Shown: positions 14,171-25,992 of the stretch, one piece after another
How the letters are laid out: every line of letters starts with the position of its first letter
How positions within the stretch are numbered: position 1 is the stretch's first letter
Assembly: GCA_964187785.1 (NCBI GenBank)
Contig: OZ076409.1
Location: forward strand, 52,516,001 to 52,580,000
From: Amphiscolops sp. MND2022
Taxonomy: Eukaryota
DNA length: 64,000 nucleotides
Direction: 5' to 3'
The notes under the pieces: model-generated
Database searches by the model: none
Told to the model about the DNA's origin: nothing
What the model saw: the letters and a program-made list of their open reading frames with translations, nothing else
Program-made: the position numbers and the translations under genes

Positions 14171-15312
14171 AAAACTCTTGGTATGTACGTTATTCCTGTT
14201 TTATCTTTGGACGTTCCTCCCAAACGCTGTTCTCTGGAGGCGCGAAATCAAAATTTTTGCTCCCCAATCTTCACTAATGCAATCGCAAATGTCTAACAGA
14301 TGAATAACATAAATAGATTAGATATGCTTTGAGAATTTATTTTAGCGCCGTTAGATTTTATTGCAGTGGTCCTAGTACTTTTCAGATCCTAGTCCAGTAA
14401 ATTTCACTGGTTTCAAGATCTTATTTTAGTGATTTGGGTGTTCTAGGGGCTTTTGCTGTTAATTCAGTTTTAGTTTTCATTACATTGGTTTTAGACTTTA
14501 TATAAATGTTGTAGATGATGATTCAGACGAAGAAGAGAGGTGCAAACAAAACGAGTCTTCTGGATATCTGGCTTTTGTCCTGTTCTGTAGAGAAAGATCA
14601 AATGTTCGCGAAACAGTTATGTCTCAGTATCTCCGACCGTGATGGGTTTCTGGCCTCGTCATTCTTGCAGTTAGAATGCTTCTGAAGTGGACGCAGTCCT
14701 AGTTGATGTTTCAGGCGGTTGAGAGGTTCAGATCTCAAGCTACGAACGGAAAAATAGTTTGGCCAGAAAAACTTTGAATGAATTAACAAAAATTTGGAGG
14801 TTCTTGAATTTCTTTGTGGTGTTTCTATGTTCGACTTGGTTTTCCCTTAATTGTTTTTTTTGCGTTGGAATAATTTTTGATAAATTACTGATAAAACAGT
14901 AGTTTTTGATATGAAGAGGAAGCGTTTGGTGAAATTTTCCACGTTCTTTGGAGGTTTAAGGTCGCTCGGTAGCCTCATTTTCCTGCATTCTTTTTTTATA
15001 AGAAATTATGTAAAGTGCTTGGAAGTTTTTACACAGCGCGTGGGTATGCTTCGAGCATTTTACAAACTTCTTGGAATTTTACAAAATTTTTCTCTGTAGG
15101 GTCCCTGAATTTTCCATGCTTTATGAAAAAATTTACCCTGCATACATGAATGCAGCATAAAAACTGACAGTTCTTAATTCATTTGTTTTATCTATTATTC
15201 TAGCGCTATGGGACATTATTCTAGTGGTTTATAGATCGTCTTCCATTGCTTTCTGGATCTTTCAGTGGTATTAGTCCTTGATTCGGTGGTTGTAGAAAGA
15301 ATTCTTGTTTTT

Positions 15313-15790
15313 TAGTCGGCGCTTCAAGAAGTGAAACGCGACTATACTAGTTGCTTTTTTTCAATCCGCACGAACTGACCAAAATAATTCCTAGTTTCTA
15401 CCAACTTCTATGATAAGTTCTACCAAATTTGATGGTGCCACAGTGTCAAATTGAACCGTTTGGCCTAGCGAACCGAACCAAAAAGGTTGTTCCTTTTTTG
15501 CGTGTTATACAATACAGGGCGAAACTAAAGGAGCCGCCCCTTCTAGTTTCTCTCTGCATTGTGGGATTTTTTTGGAAAAATTTTTTTCCACCAAAGGGTC
15601 ACCCGTTCATTTTTTTGATGTTTTGCGACAGAAATGTTGAAAAATCCCAAAGGGTTCGCCCTATTGCGCGCCAATTCGGTTCAACGTTTTAGTTTTTCGG
15701 GTACTTTAAAAGAGAATACTTGACACTTTGAAGTCCTTTTGCTTTTTTGAGCCTTAGATATGGCGCCGACTGATGCTTTTCCCGGCTTAT
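15313..15790 (+). mobile_element. Helentron/HINE-like copy
   Basis: Same termini as the other copies, different interior. Confidence 0.6.
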
Positions 15791-17287
15791 ACACGTTAAG
15801 TGATTTTTAAATGTTAATCCGGTGGTGTCAGATCCTATTCTATGATATTTTAAATTTAATGCAGATGGTTTTCAATTTTTTTCTAGTGTTTGTTTCGAGT
15901 GAATTTTAGATTATTTTTTAATTAACGTTTATCTGATGCTGCTTTTTCTCGATTTGCAGCAGATCGTAGCAAGTTTTTTGCCATCTTGGTCTTCCTAATA
16001 AAATTGGTTCACCATACGCTTCTTAATACGTTTTGTCTTGGAGACATGTCTGTTATGATAAGATCTTACGATGGCAAGATTTTAGCAAGATTTTGCCAAG
16101 ATCTTACTAAGATTTTCATGGAGCATGGAGGGTCTACCAGGGTAAAAAACCAAGGTATAAATTCAGAAAAATCTCCACAGGTTTAAGATAACTTGTTTTC
16201 TACTATGGACATCATTTAAAATAGTCAACATTTCTCCATCAGTGTAGGACCTAATTTTCTTCAGGTCTCAAGTGCTGATTAATAAATGATGTTTGGAAGT
16301 ATTTCATGCAATGTATCTAATGTCGAGCCAGTTGTATATCGCTTGAACTGAGAGGATGAAATCGATCACTGCTATTAAATGAAATTGAAAGCTTTGATTG
16401 GCGATGATTATAAATAATATTAGGGAGAAAACTAACCCAGGTTGGTAGATGATAACCAGCAACCAGAAGTAAAAGCGAGAAAATTTTTCCTCTCAGAGTT
16501 AGATTAATTTGTTTTTGTAAATGGATGGAATTTATAACATATCGACTTAGTCAGCAGGGTTACTTTTCGTAAAGCAAATGTTTGTTGTAGTCACTGGCAG
16601 TTTAAAGACGAATGGCACACAAAACTAAAAGTCGGTATCTAATCGTTAGAAGATCTCTCAAACGAAAAAACGGGTCCGGTATAGAACTTCAACGGTTACA
16701 TTTAGCTGGTTCCAATGCGGTCGGAGACAACTTTCTGAAGACAATCGAGACGAAGTTACTATAAGTGAAGTTCGAGAAGCTTAACTGCTTTCATATGCAG
16801 TAGCGTTGGAGTGCAAAATTATAAATCAATGACGATTACTTTCAAGCAACTTCAGTGAATTAAATCAACTTCAACTATCGGGAGATATGATTGTAGAAAT
16901 TTCTAGTGACATCACGTGTTTGAACTGAATCTCGAAAATGAACCGACTCTCAAACTTAACTCCATGAAATTCCAGCCACATTGAATAGCTAGTCATGTAT
17001 ACAATTGTTAATGTACTTGTTGTTGAGTGATTTCATGTTTAAAAGTTGATTTACGCTTTCTTTTCACCACCTGATCAGCCTGTTCAAAGAACCGCTTAGA
17101 GACTATGCTTGCTACTAGAAAACGTTTTAAAATCGTTTTTCTAGTAAAGAGCGCAAAACTTTTACATTGGCAAGTTTTTTTTATTCAGTCACCCTGAAAC
17201 GTCTAGTTTTCATATTTTTTATTAATTTCATCTAACAACGCTGGTTCGAAAGAAGCGATAGTTCAGCGTTTACCGAGATTGAATGTA

Positions 17288-18978
17288 AACTCCGGCAATC
17301 TTGTATGTGAAAAACAAGTTTCCGAGTATTATCTTTTCAAATACGCATTTTGAAGAAAAAAGTAAGAGGAATAAAATAAAGAACAGATCATCAACTGTAG
17401 TTTCTCATTAAATCATATTTCAGGTACCATCGGCCATCAAGGTTCACTCCTTCGAACTTCCGGTCTGAAAAAAAACATTGGCAATCTTGTATGTGAAAAA
17501 AATAGAAAAATTCTCAAATTTGCAATATTTACTATCAAAAAAGGAAATTCATCAAATGGCTAATCTAATACGATGTCAAAACAGCTCCTTGTGAGGCAAT
17601 AACTTCAACCAGGCGCTTTGGGAAAGATAAAACAAGTTTCTGAATTTCTTCACTTCTGATGTTGTCCCAAACCGCGAGAATAGCTTTTTCAAGTTCTTAA
17701 ACTGTCTGGTAACACTTCCCACCTTCATAAACTCGTCGAACTATAATACCCCAGAGGTTTTCAATTGGGTTGCAGTCAGGTGAGCAAGTAGGCCACTCCA
17801 AAATTCTGATACCATATCGTTCCAAAAAAGTTTCGTTGATGCTGAGACATGTGCAGTTGCGTTTTCTTGCATCAAAATGTAATCAGACTGGTGGTAAGGG
17901 AAGTAGCAGTCTGATAATATTTTCTGGTAGTATTCAGAGTCCACTGACTGCTCACAGATGAATAAAAACGTAGAGCCATTATATCCAATTCCAGCCCAAA
18001 TCATGACACCTTTTGTAAAAACTTTCTTTCCATAAATTTTTCGCTCTGTTGTATCTTTGGCCCAATAATACCTCGTGCAATCCGGTCCATCCAATAAAAC
18101 ACGTTTTTCATCCGGGAAAGTTATTTTTTGATATCTAACTCACCTCCTGTTATATCATTTAGAGTACGTTTGGCCCAATCAAGGCGTTTGCTTTTATTAC
18201 TCGCTGTAAGAGCTGGGGCTTTCAAGCAGTTTATATATTTATAGCCATCATTTTGGATAAATTTTCTCAGTTTCTTTGGAGACCTCGAGTTTCAACTCAG
18301 AAATGAGTTTCGTCAGAGAGGGTGGACCCCTCACTGTTAGTGATCTAATAATCCGCCGTTTAGCTCTTTCGTTTAACTTCTCTGGATAGCCACCACCGTG
18401 TTTATAAGGTCCCTCTCGTTTGATGTAGTTTGCAACACAATTGTAGCTTCGACCAAGGGCTTCAGCAATCTCAGAAACACTTTTTCCACACTGTTGTAAA
18501 CCAGCAATTTTACCCATTTCAAAAGGTGTCAATAATTTTCCTCTTTTCGGCATATTAAATGAGTATTAATAATAAAATCTTTCAAGTGTATTATTAAAAA
18601 GTAATTAATCGAACAAATCCAGTCGTTATTAGTTTTAAAAATGAAGTCGAAAAACGAAGTGTAATCGTCAAAAAATGGGACCAATTTTTTCCCGAATACA
18701 AGATTGCCAATATTTAGTTCAAAACGGAAACAGAAATGAACAAAACCGGAAGTGTGAACACTTTCTGAACCTGATTTTTTCATACTCTCAAGAACTTGAA
18801 GTAAGCTTTGTTTTTTTCCTTACAAACTAAGTGTGAACACTTTTTGAACCTGATTTTTTCACACTCTCAAGAACTTGAATTAAGGTTGGTTTTTTTCCTT
18901 ACAAACTTAATTGAAAGTTGAAAACTGGAAAAGATATAGTATAAAAACATGTTTTTCACATACGATAATGGCGGAGTT
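17288..18978 (-). mobile_element. Decayed Tc1/mariner (Tc3-like) DNA transposon
   Basis: Imperfect TIRs AACTCCGGCAATCTTGTATGTGAAAAACA flanked by TA at both ends, with inner repeats of the same motif near 17480 and 18700. Transposase pseudogene inside. Confidence 0.88.
17565..18553 (-). pseudogene. Tc1/Tc3-type transposase pseudogene
   Basis: HTH MPKRGKLL...SVSEIAEALGRS; DEKR...[29 protein letters not shown]. Broken by frameshifts and stops. Confidence 0.9.
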
Positions 18979-19239
18979 TAGGTAGCGGGATTGTTACTAA
19001 CCAATATTGAATGGATGTAAATGATGCCAAAGGGTCACCGCGCTGAGCGATTTCTTTCGAAGCTTTTAAAGCTCATCAAAAGGTATTATCCCGTTAGTTT
19101 TTAGAAGGTTTCGGTTTGAAAACTGTTTAGCGAGTCTCCTTCTGGGTTCTTTGGCACCATGCGAAAGAGGAAACATGTTGAAAAAAGTTTTTTGGAAAAT
19201 TTGGGTTTTTCTGATGTTTCCAGTTCAAAAATTATGGTT

Positions 19240-19970
19240 TTTGCGAATACTTTTTACGAATCTTACGCAAAGTCTGTAATTACTTATGTATTACTCGTTT
19301 ACGGGAGTGACTGCAAATCCAATCTTGAAGAAATTGGAATGGCTCAACGAGGAATATTCAAAGCAATTTTCTGCCGAAAAAGTATGACATGAGGCTTACA
19401 CGACAATTTTTAAAAGAAACTAATTTAACCGTGTTTGTATTGTAATTCAAAGAAATCTTTCGCGAAGTTTTCTCACAATAACTCTCGGAGTAACCAGTGC
19501 TTTTCTCAAAAGATTTCTGGGTAATTATGATCCAGAAAGTGCTCGTAAAGGACATTTATAGTCAAGTTACTGCACAACAGTTACAAAATCAAAATCTATC
19601 CAGATTGTCTTGACTAAAGATCATAATCGACTGAAAACCCTTGACCTTATTACCGAAAGTCTAACAAAAAGAACCAGTATGCAAGCTGCAAGTAATCTGA
19701 AGGTTTCAAAAGATTTGTTCATAGCTGATGATAGTAATATAGTTTCTATTTTCATCTGAATGGTATATGAACAATTGTTTGACTAAGAAATCGAATAGCT
19801 TTCGCATTTTTGATTGGCATTGCTATAGGTTACAGTTGGTTCTATAGAGCAAAAGCTTGAAGAGTTTAGTCGGCTCACCTTGTGTCCTATTTGTGTATAG
19901 ATGGATTTGTTGTTGTTCGTCACTGATGATTTTTTCTACACACAAATGAATAAACTTTCTTTCTTTCTCT
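19240..19970 (+). pseudogene. 3' end of a CR1-like LINE
   Basis: FYESYAKSVITYVLLVYG...NLEEIGMAQRGIFKAIF resembles a LINE ORF2 C-terminal region. Ends with AATAAA and a (CTTT)n tail. Confidence 0.55.
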
Positions 19971-20106
19971 AGTAATTTACCGAGTTTGTGAACAACGTAG
20001 CCTGAGATCTTATTGTCTCCAACAGTGCCATAGAGCTCTCTCTTTAATTGCTTTAAATCTTTTGTTAAGCTACTGAAAATTTTCTCTAGTTGAAAATTCG
20101 AGTTAT

Positions 20107-20649
20107 TAGTCGGCGCTGTTCGTAGAAAAACGCCGACTATAGTAGTGACTTTTCCTTTTTAAGACCAACGAACTGACAGATTTTATAAGCGGTATAAGCT
20201 GACTTGCACTAATACTAAACTGTGCCACTCTACTTCTACGGAAACTTGCCATAGAGGTTACGGCTTTTTTGAGGTCTGCCAAGCAGAAGAACGTGGGTTC
20301 GAGTCCCGCCCTTGACCAAAAAACTTTTTGTGCTGGATTTTTCGGCTTTGTGAGACATTTCTTCGCAAAATTTTTCAATTTCTTCAGAAGGTCCCCCTTT
20401 ATTTTTTTCTATTTTGCAAAATAAAGAATTTTCAAAAAACTCCCAAAGGGCCCTCCTTTACATTTTTCGGCACTATGCGACCTACCGGAGATTTTAAAAG
20501 TTCGAAAAAAAACTTATTAGAAAATCGGATTTTCTTTTTCAATTTTTTCCTCACGCGGGTACTGTAAGGAGAATACTTGACACTTTGATGTTCTTTTGCT
20601 CTTTTTGTGCCTTAGATATGGCGCCGACTTGTGCCGTTCCCGGCTTGTT
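20107..20649 (+). mobile_element. Helentron/HINE-like copy with internal tRNA-like segment
   Basis: Same termini; colinear with 7892-8329. Confidence 0.65.
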
Positions 20650-21048
20650 AGAAAAAGCACTTCAAGCTGTCATTAAGCACATCAACAGACTTGATAACAC
20701 GCACACTCAGTGGACTCATTCAAAATCATCCACTAACACTCAAACAGCAGCACTACTAGGTGAATCAAAAAAACAAAAGGTACAAAAATTTTTGACCTCT
20801 CAAAGTTTCAGTTATTTATGAACAAAGTTTCACAACATATTCGAACGATGCTGTCAATCATTCAAGTTGGCAACTTTACTTCGAAGCGAAAAACTTTTCA
20901 CGCAATAAAAGTGAGAACGAAACAACTGGTCAAATGTCTAGACTTTTTATGATGGTTCTAACCATGCTTAGTTTGGATATGCGATTATGTAAGAGGAGGT
21001 TCAGTCTAATTGACTGACAGAAAAATTGAAGGATTCTCAGTCTGTTGT

Positions 21049-22231
21049 TGTCATGCAGTACGCATGAGTAAAAGAGTAACAGACGACAATTGATGCTGTT
21101 ACCTACACAGCGCTACCAAACGGAAACTATGAATGGAGACAACGAAACACACGAAAATGACGTTGCGAAGCTGCTACACACAACGTCACAAGGCCGGAAA
21201 GTAGACTGAAGAAATCTGAACATAAAACGATATAGTTGACTACACATCATTGCGAAAAGAACTCAAACATTTTACATGTACATTTAGTGAATTATAAACC
21301 AGTTAATCAACGTGGCTGTATTACATGCATCCATCATACTTTCACACGGAATGATCACTTTCCCTTTCCATCAAACCAAACCCATGTTCGAATTTCAACA
21401 TAACCACATCGAATGCATTAACCATTTGCCAGAAAGTGCTGATAGTTTCATTTACAGTGTCATAGTATGCATAATTACTCACCTTTCATAGTTCATCCTT
21501 CATGTAACGTAGGTAATACAACATTATCATACCCCTGTACATGTTTAGTGCAATTATTTCTTTTGTAGTAGCCGTATGTATTTTTCAATGATTCATGTAA
21601 CGATGACCACGCACCATCACTGCACTCATACCATTAGACGCAAACTGCGCTACCGAACACAAGGTGCTTATCAACACCAGAAACACGATGCAATATGATT
21701 GGCCAACGCTGCCACGTGACCACCATTGGTGTACTCAATAGCAGGTGCCACCGCGCAACCATTAACTTCGGCTCACTTGTAACGTACAGCTGCTATCTAC
21801 ATTAGTAGACTTCAGTAACCTTCATTTACCAATATCTCTCCAATACCTTCAATTCAAGCTTAAATCTAAACCTTTTGACTGTATGGTTTTGACTAGATGA
21901 CAAACCTCTAAAAGTTAACCAACTGAAACTATAGAAATGTATTACAATAATGACAACGACAGCCAATCTAGCTTCCCAAACTGCAACGCACGTGGTGCGT
22001 CTAACAGCATTGGTAGAGCGGATTTGATAGATCTCAAGAAAGACCACGAAAGGATCAGAAACGATCAAAGGTTCATAGCGAACAAACAAATCAAGGAATT
22101 GACTTCAATCGTGAAGGTTTTAGCAGATCAGATTACTTCCACTAATCCAACCAGCTAAAGTAATACCCCTCAGAGTAGGGAAGAGAACACGCAAAATGCT
22201 GTCAACCTAGACACATTGTGTAGTTCTGACA
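21049..22231 (+). mobile_element. Solo LTR of a related Gypsy family, with gag N-terminal remnant
   Basis: Ends are TGTCATGC...TCTGACA. Flanks GTTGT/CTTGT give a 4/5 TSD match. A coiled-coil-like ORF from 21937 runs, with one stop, to the LTR end. Confidence 0.7.
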
Positions 22232-23059
22232 CTTGTTTACAAATATTACGATTTTGAAGACCCAAATTGTTGAACATTGCTTTGTATCTGTGAGTCACTA
22301 CAGGCCGCTGCGTTTGATGTTGAACGAAATTTGTCTCTTCTGATTGATTGGTTTCAGTCTAATTCTCTCATGATTCATCTTGTTTCTCTCCGAAATCTAA
22401 CTCATCCTCGCCCAGCCTCACACTACGCTCTTTGATTATGTTGGTAACTCCATCTTTCTCTGAACTGCAAAGCACGTTTCATTGCTCGCAGTGAAACCTA
22501 AGAAAATGCCAAATTGACATTTGGAATCAAACTAGGAGCAGGATTGCTATTTGGAGAATGATCAGGCGTGTATTTGATGTAGAACGCGTAAGTCACAGGA
22601 TATGTTCAAAATTCGTTACTGATGCTCGCTCCTGACTGCACATATGTAATTACTCAGCAAATAGTGCCCAACTTCTTCGCGTTATGATTTTCGGACTGTG
22701 TGTGTCGCCATATTCATTTCTGAAGGGACTTTTTTGAACGTTTTCTCTAAGGTCAAAGGCAGACCTAGAATCTTCTTTGTTGAGTTCGTATTTGATCCAT
22801 TTGGCTTGTTACCGAGACCGTGATTGCAAGTGGACATATCTGTCCCAGAGGCCTTTTGGCCCAAAGGCAAGGCTTCCATTTATTTTTGTATTTCAGGAAT
22901 GGCCGTCAGTAATAGCGGAACGTATGGCCCTCTTAATCTGAGTGTGCATCATATCAAGTTCTTTAATAAGACCATTTCTTGCGAAAGTCTGAAATTCAAT
23001 TCTTTACAATATCTCCATGGATTTTAACATCCTGTCTTGTCTAGAAGCCTCATTTCTGG

Positions 23060-25363
23060 TGTTACGACTATTTACTGGAGTAGTTTCAGACGTAGTTGTG
23101 TTTGTTTTCACAAGGGTTGGCGTTCGAGCAACGGAGATGTTTTCGGTTCCAGAGTCAGAGTCTGGAGCATTTTGATGAGCAGATGATTTTTTACTTATTC
23201 GTGCTACCAATTTCATCATTTCCTTTTGGTTTTCGGCCAGTATTATTGCCAGATCAGACACTTTTTTACATTTACTTTCTCAAAAATGTTTTTATTTCCT
23301 CCGAGTTTTCAGGCTGTACTCTAGGAGATTTACTAGTACCTGCAACTAGATTCTCTGGTTGAATATTTTCTGCTGTCGAAGTTTCAAATTCTCCGGAAAC
23401 TAGTTCATCTACTGCCTTTCTGCTCTGGCTTCTAGCTGTCAATTTATGTTAGTTAAAAGCAGAAATCATCGGCAAAGAGTGAATTCTTAGAAGAAAAGGT
23501 TTTCGTTAAGTTCACGGAACAATTTTGTATAAAAGTGGTCAACAACTTTAACTGAATTTACATACTAGCTCAACCTGTATATACTTTCTTAGCATGAATT
23601 GCTCACCTAAAAATTCCTAGGTATCCTAGAAATCGGGTTTGTTCACAAAAAAACCTCAATGATTCAAAGTAACTCTGTCCCGAATCATAAAATCGGGTAT
23701 CGAAATTCCTAGTCGCGTCGCGGTTCCGTAACACTTGTTGAAATCATTTTTGTTCAAGCAAATCCATTTCCTGTCTGAGCTTCAAAATTGCGGCAAACTA
23801 AAAGTCTAGTTAACGTTCTCATCAACGAAGGCACGCAGGCGTGATCAATTAGTCAATTCCCAACTTGGAAGTTGAGATTCGAAGCAAAAGTATGACACGC
23901 AAAAATATTGACATAGTTAGAACTTAATAAGGAAATTTGAAAGTGAATGCTTTCAAGTACTGGTAAAGGGAACAAATGATGCTGAAACAACGTATACTGG
24001 TTACTGATGAATGTGAATGCATTACATAATCCGGATAAATCAAATGTACAGTACATGATTATTATGAACATAACACAAGTTCCAAATTAACGGAAGCCTT
24101 TCAGCCAAGAAAAAGTGTTACATATCAATCAGGAAGCGAAATTTTACATTTAAACAATGCACTCCATCAATACAGAGATTAGTAAGAAAACACCTTGAGG
24201 AACACTCTTTCAACACAAGAATTAGCAGAGATAGGTTAGTAAGGAAACTTCTTGGAACACACTTTTTCAGCGCAAGAATTGTCAGAATTGTCAGGGATAA
24301 CTTAATACAAAAATACATTCTACGTTACTCCTACGTTGCATTTTGTCTTTTCAATTGTAATTGTTACAAGAAATCTCGAGGTCACTCTTTGAAAAAATAT
24401 TATTTGCAACGTAATGTAGACGTATCTGTTTGGTTTGTGTTGTAGAACAAAATTCCAACAAGATTTTACTTTTATACTTCTTTAACTTTCTCTTCTGGTA
24501 CAGTTTTTATTACGTAGAATTACACCCATTGTTTTCCTTTAGGATTGTTTTCAGAATTGGCATTGAAGCTCCTTTCATACTCGCACTTTTACAATTTGCT
24601 AGGTAAAGCTTTACAGTCTTACATTTCACTCCGTGAGCGCTGCGTACGCATTAAGATTAGGTATAGCAAGGCTGACGGAGATATAACGGAGGGCGTAGGC
24701 TTTCATTCTCTTCCTCTCAGCTGAGCGGTGCCGCAAGGGCGACATTCTTATTGGATTCAGCTCAAATAACTCGGCCAAGAGACGAAGCTAGCTATTGGTC
24801 CGTAAAACTAGAATTGTCAGATACCGGCTTATTTGAGTGACGCTTCCACAACGTTGTAATTGTTTGCCTAAATTACTTGACTGTGATTTAACTGAATTCA
24901 AACGACTATTATTGGCATTAGAAAACACTCCACTATACTATTTTGTATGTCCTTTTCATTTTGATTGTATGGTTTCTGCAGGGATTACGGATTAGATATC
25001 ATTTCCAATTTTTTTCAGGTTGTCGAAGAGGAAACGATTTCCCCTTAAAACTTTGTTAAATGATTTGCTATTTAAATCACTATGAAATTTCAGAAGACGT
25101 AACCGGAAGTCGCAAAGTCAAGCACAGAGTCTCCAAATCGAAATTTGGAACTAGATTGAATTATTTCCTAAAAATATTCCATAACGCGTACATCCAACTT
25201 ATTGTTCGGCAAAATTGTCCGTCAAACATTCAACTGTAAGTAAAGTTATTTAATTTCAAGTAGTTTAGTTTAATAGTACCTGCAGTGTCCATGTCCGAGT
25301 GGCCTGGGCAGTCCAGCAATACCGCAGCAACAAGCAAAACAGCGACAGGAGCAGGTCACGACA
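23060..25363 (-). mobile_element. Solo LTR (2304 bp) with gag N-terminal remnant
   Basis: Minus strand reads TGTCGTGAC...GTCGTAACA. Perfect 5-bp TSD TCTGG at 23055-23059 and 25364-25368. Gag-like ORF remnant (about 23440-23060; MSDLAIILAENQKEMMKLV) ends at the LTR boundary. Confidence 0.85.
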
Positions 25364-25992
25364 TCTGGTATCCATATTGCTAATTCATTTCCTTGAGACA
25401 TTTTCTCTGGCATGTTGTAAAGCCTCAGTGTCATCATGGCCTTCCGGTCCGTTTATGACATATTCTAAATTTGACATCAAAGGCCTCACGTTCCGCTTGA
25501 CCGTCTTCGGTTTAACAGGAACGTGACGATGTGATGAATTTGATGAAACATGATATACATAAAACAACCGCAACACTCTATGTAATAGATTGCAACATTT
25601 CATATACGATTTCTCAAAACTACAAGTACGTATTGTCACGTATTGTATTGCCCCTACATGGCCAAATTATATGCAAATCACTAAGCACAATTGGGTTCAG
25701 AAGAAGTTTAGCATTTAGGATTGAGTGGGAAAGGAAATTAATTATCATAATCATGCCTTAAAATTACTGATTTCATCATTTAATTTCAAGCAATACCATA
25801 TCCAACATTTGCGAAATTCTATAAAACAATAGAAAGGCATAAAATAGTTTGTTTGATATTTCCCCCAGCCTTTAGTTCCGCGGGATTGTTCCCGGTAGGG
25901 CCCTTTGTAGTTATACTGTATGGAATACAAGTTGCCATCGCAGGCGGCAGCCTGGGGCAATTTCTCATTCTTTTCATTTTGTATAACATTTG

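Noticed and set aside
20270..20320. Functional tRNA gene
   Set aside because: Only a T-arm/3' half is visible; no A-box, D-arm or pairing acceptor stem.
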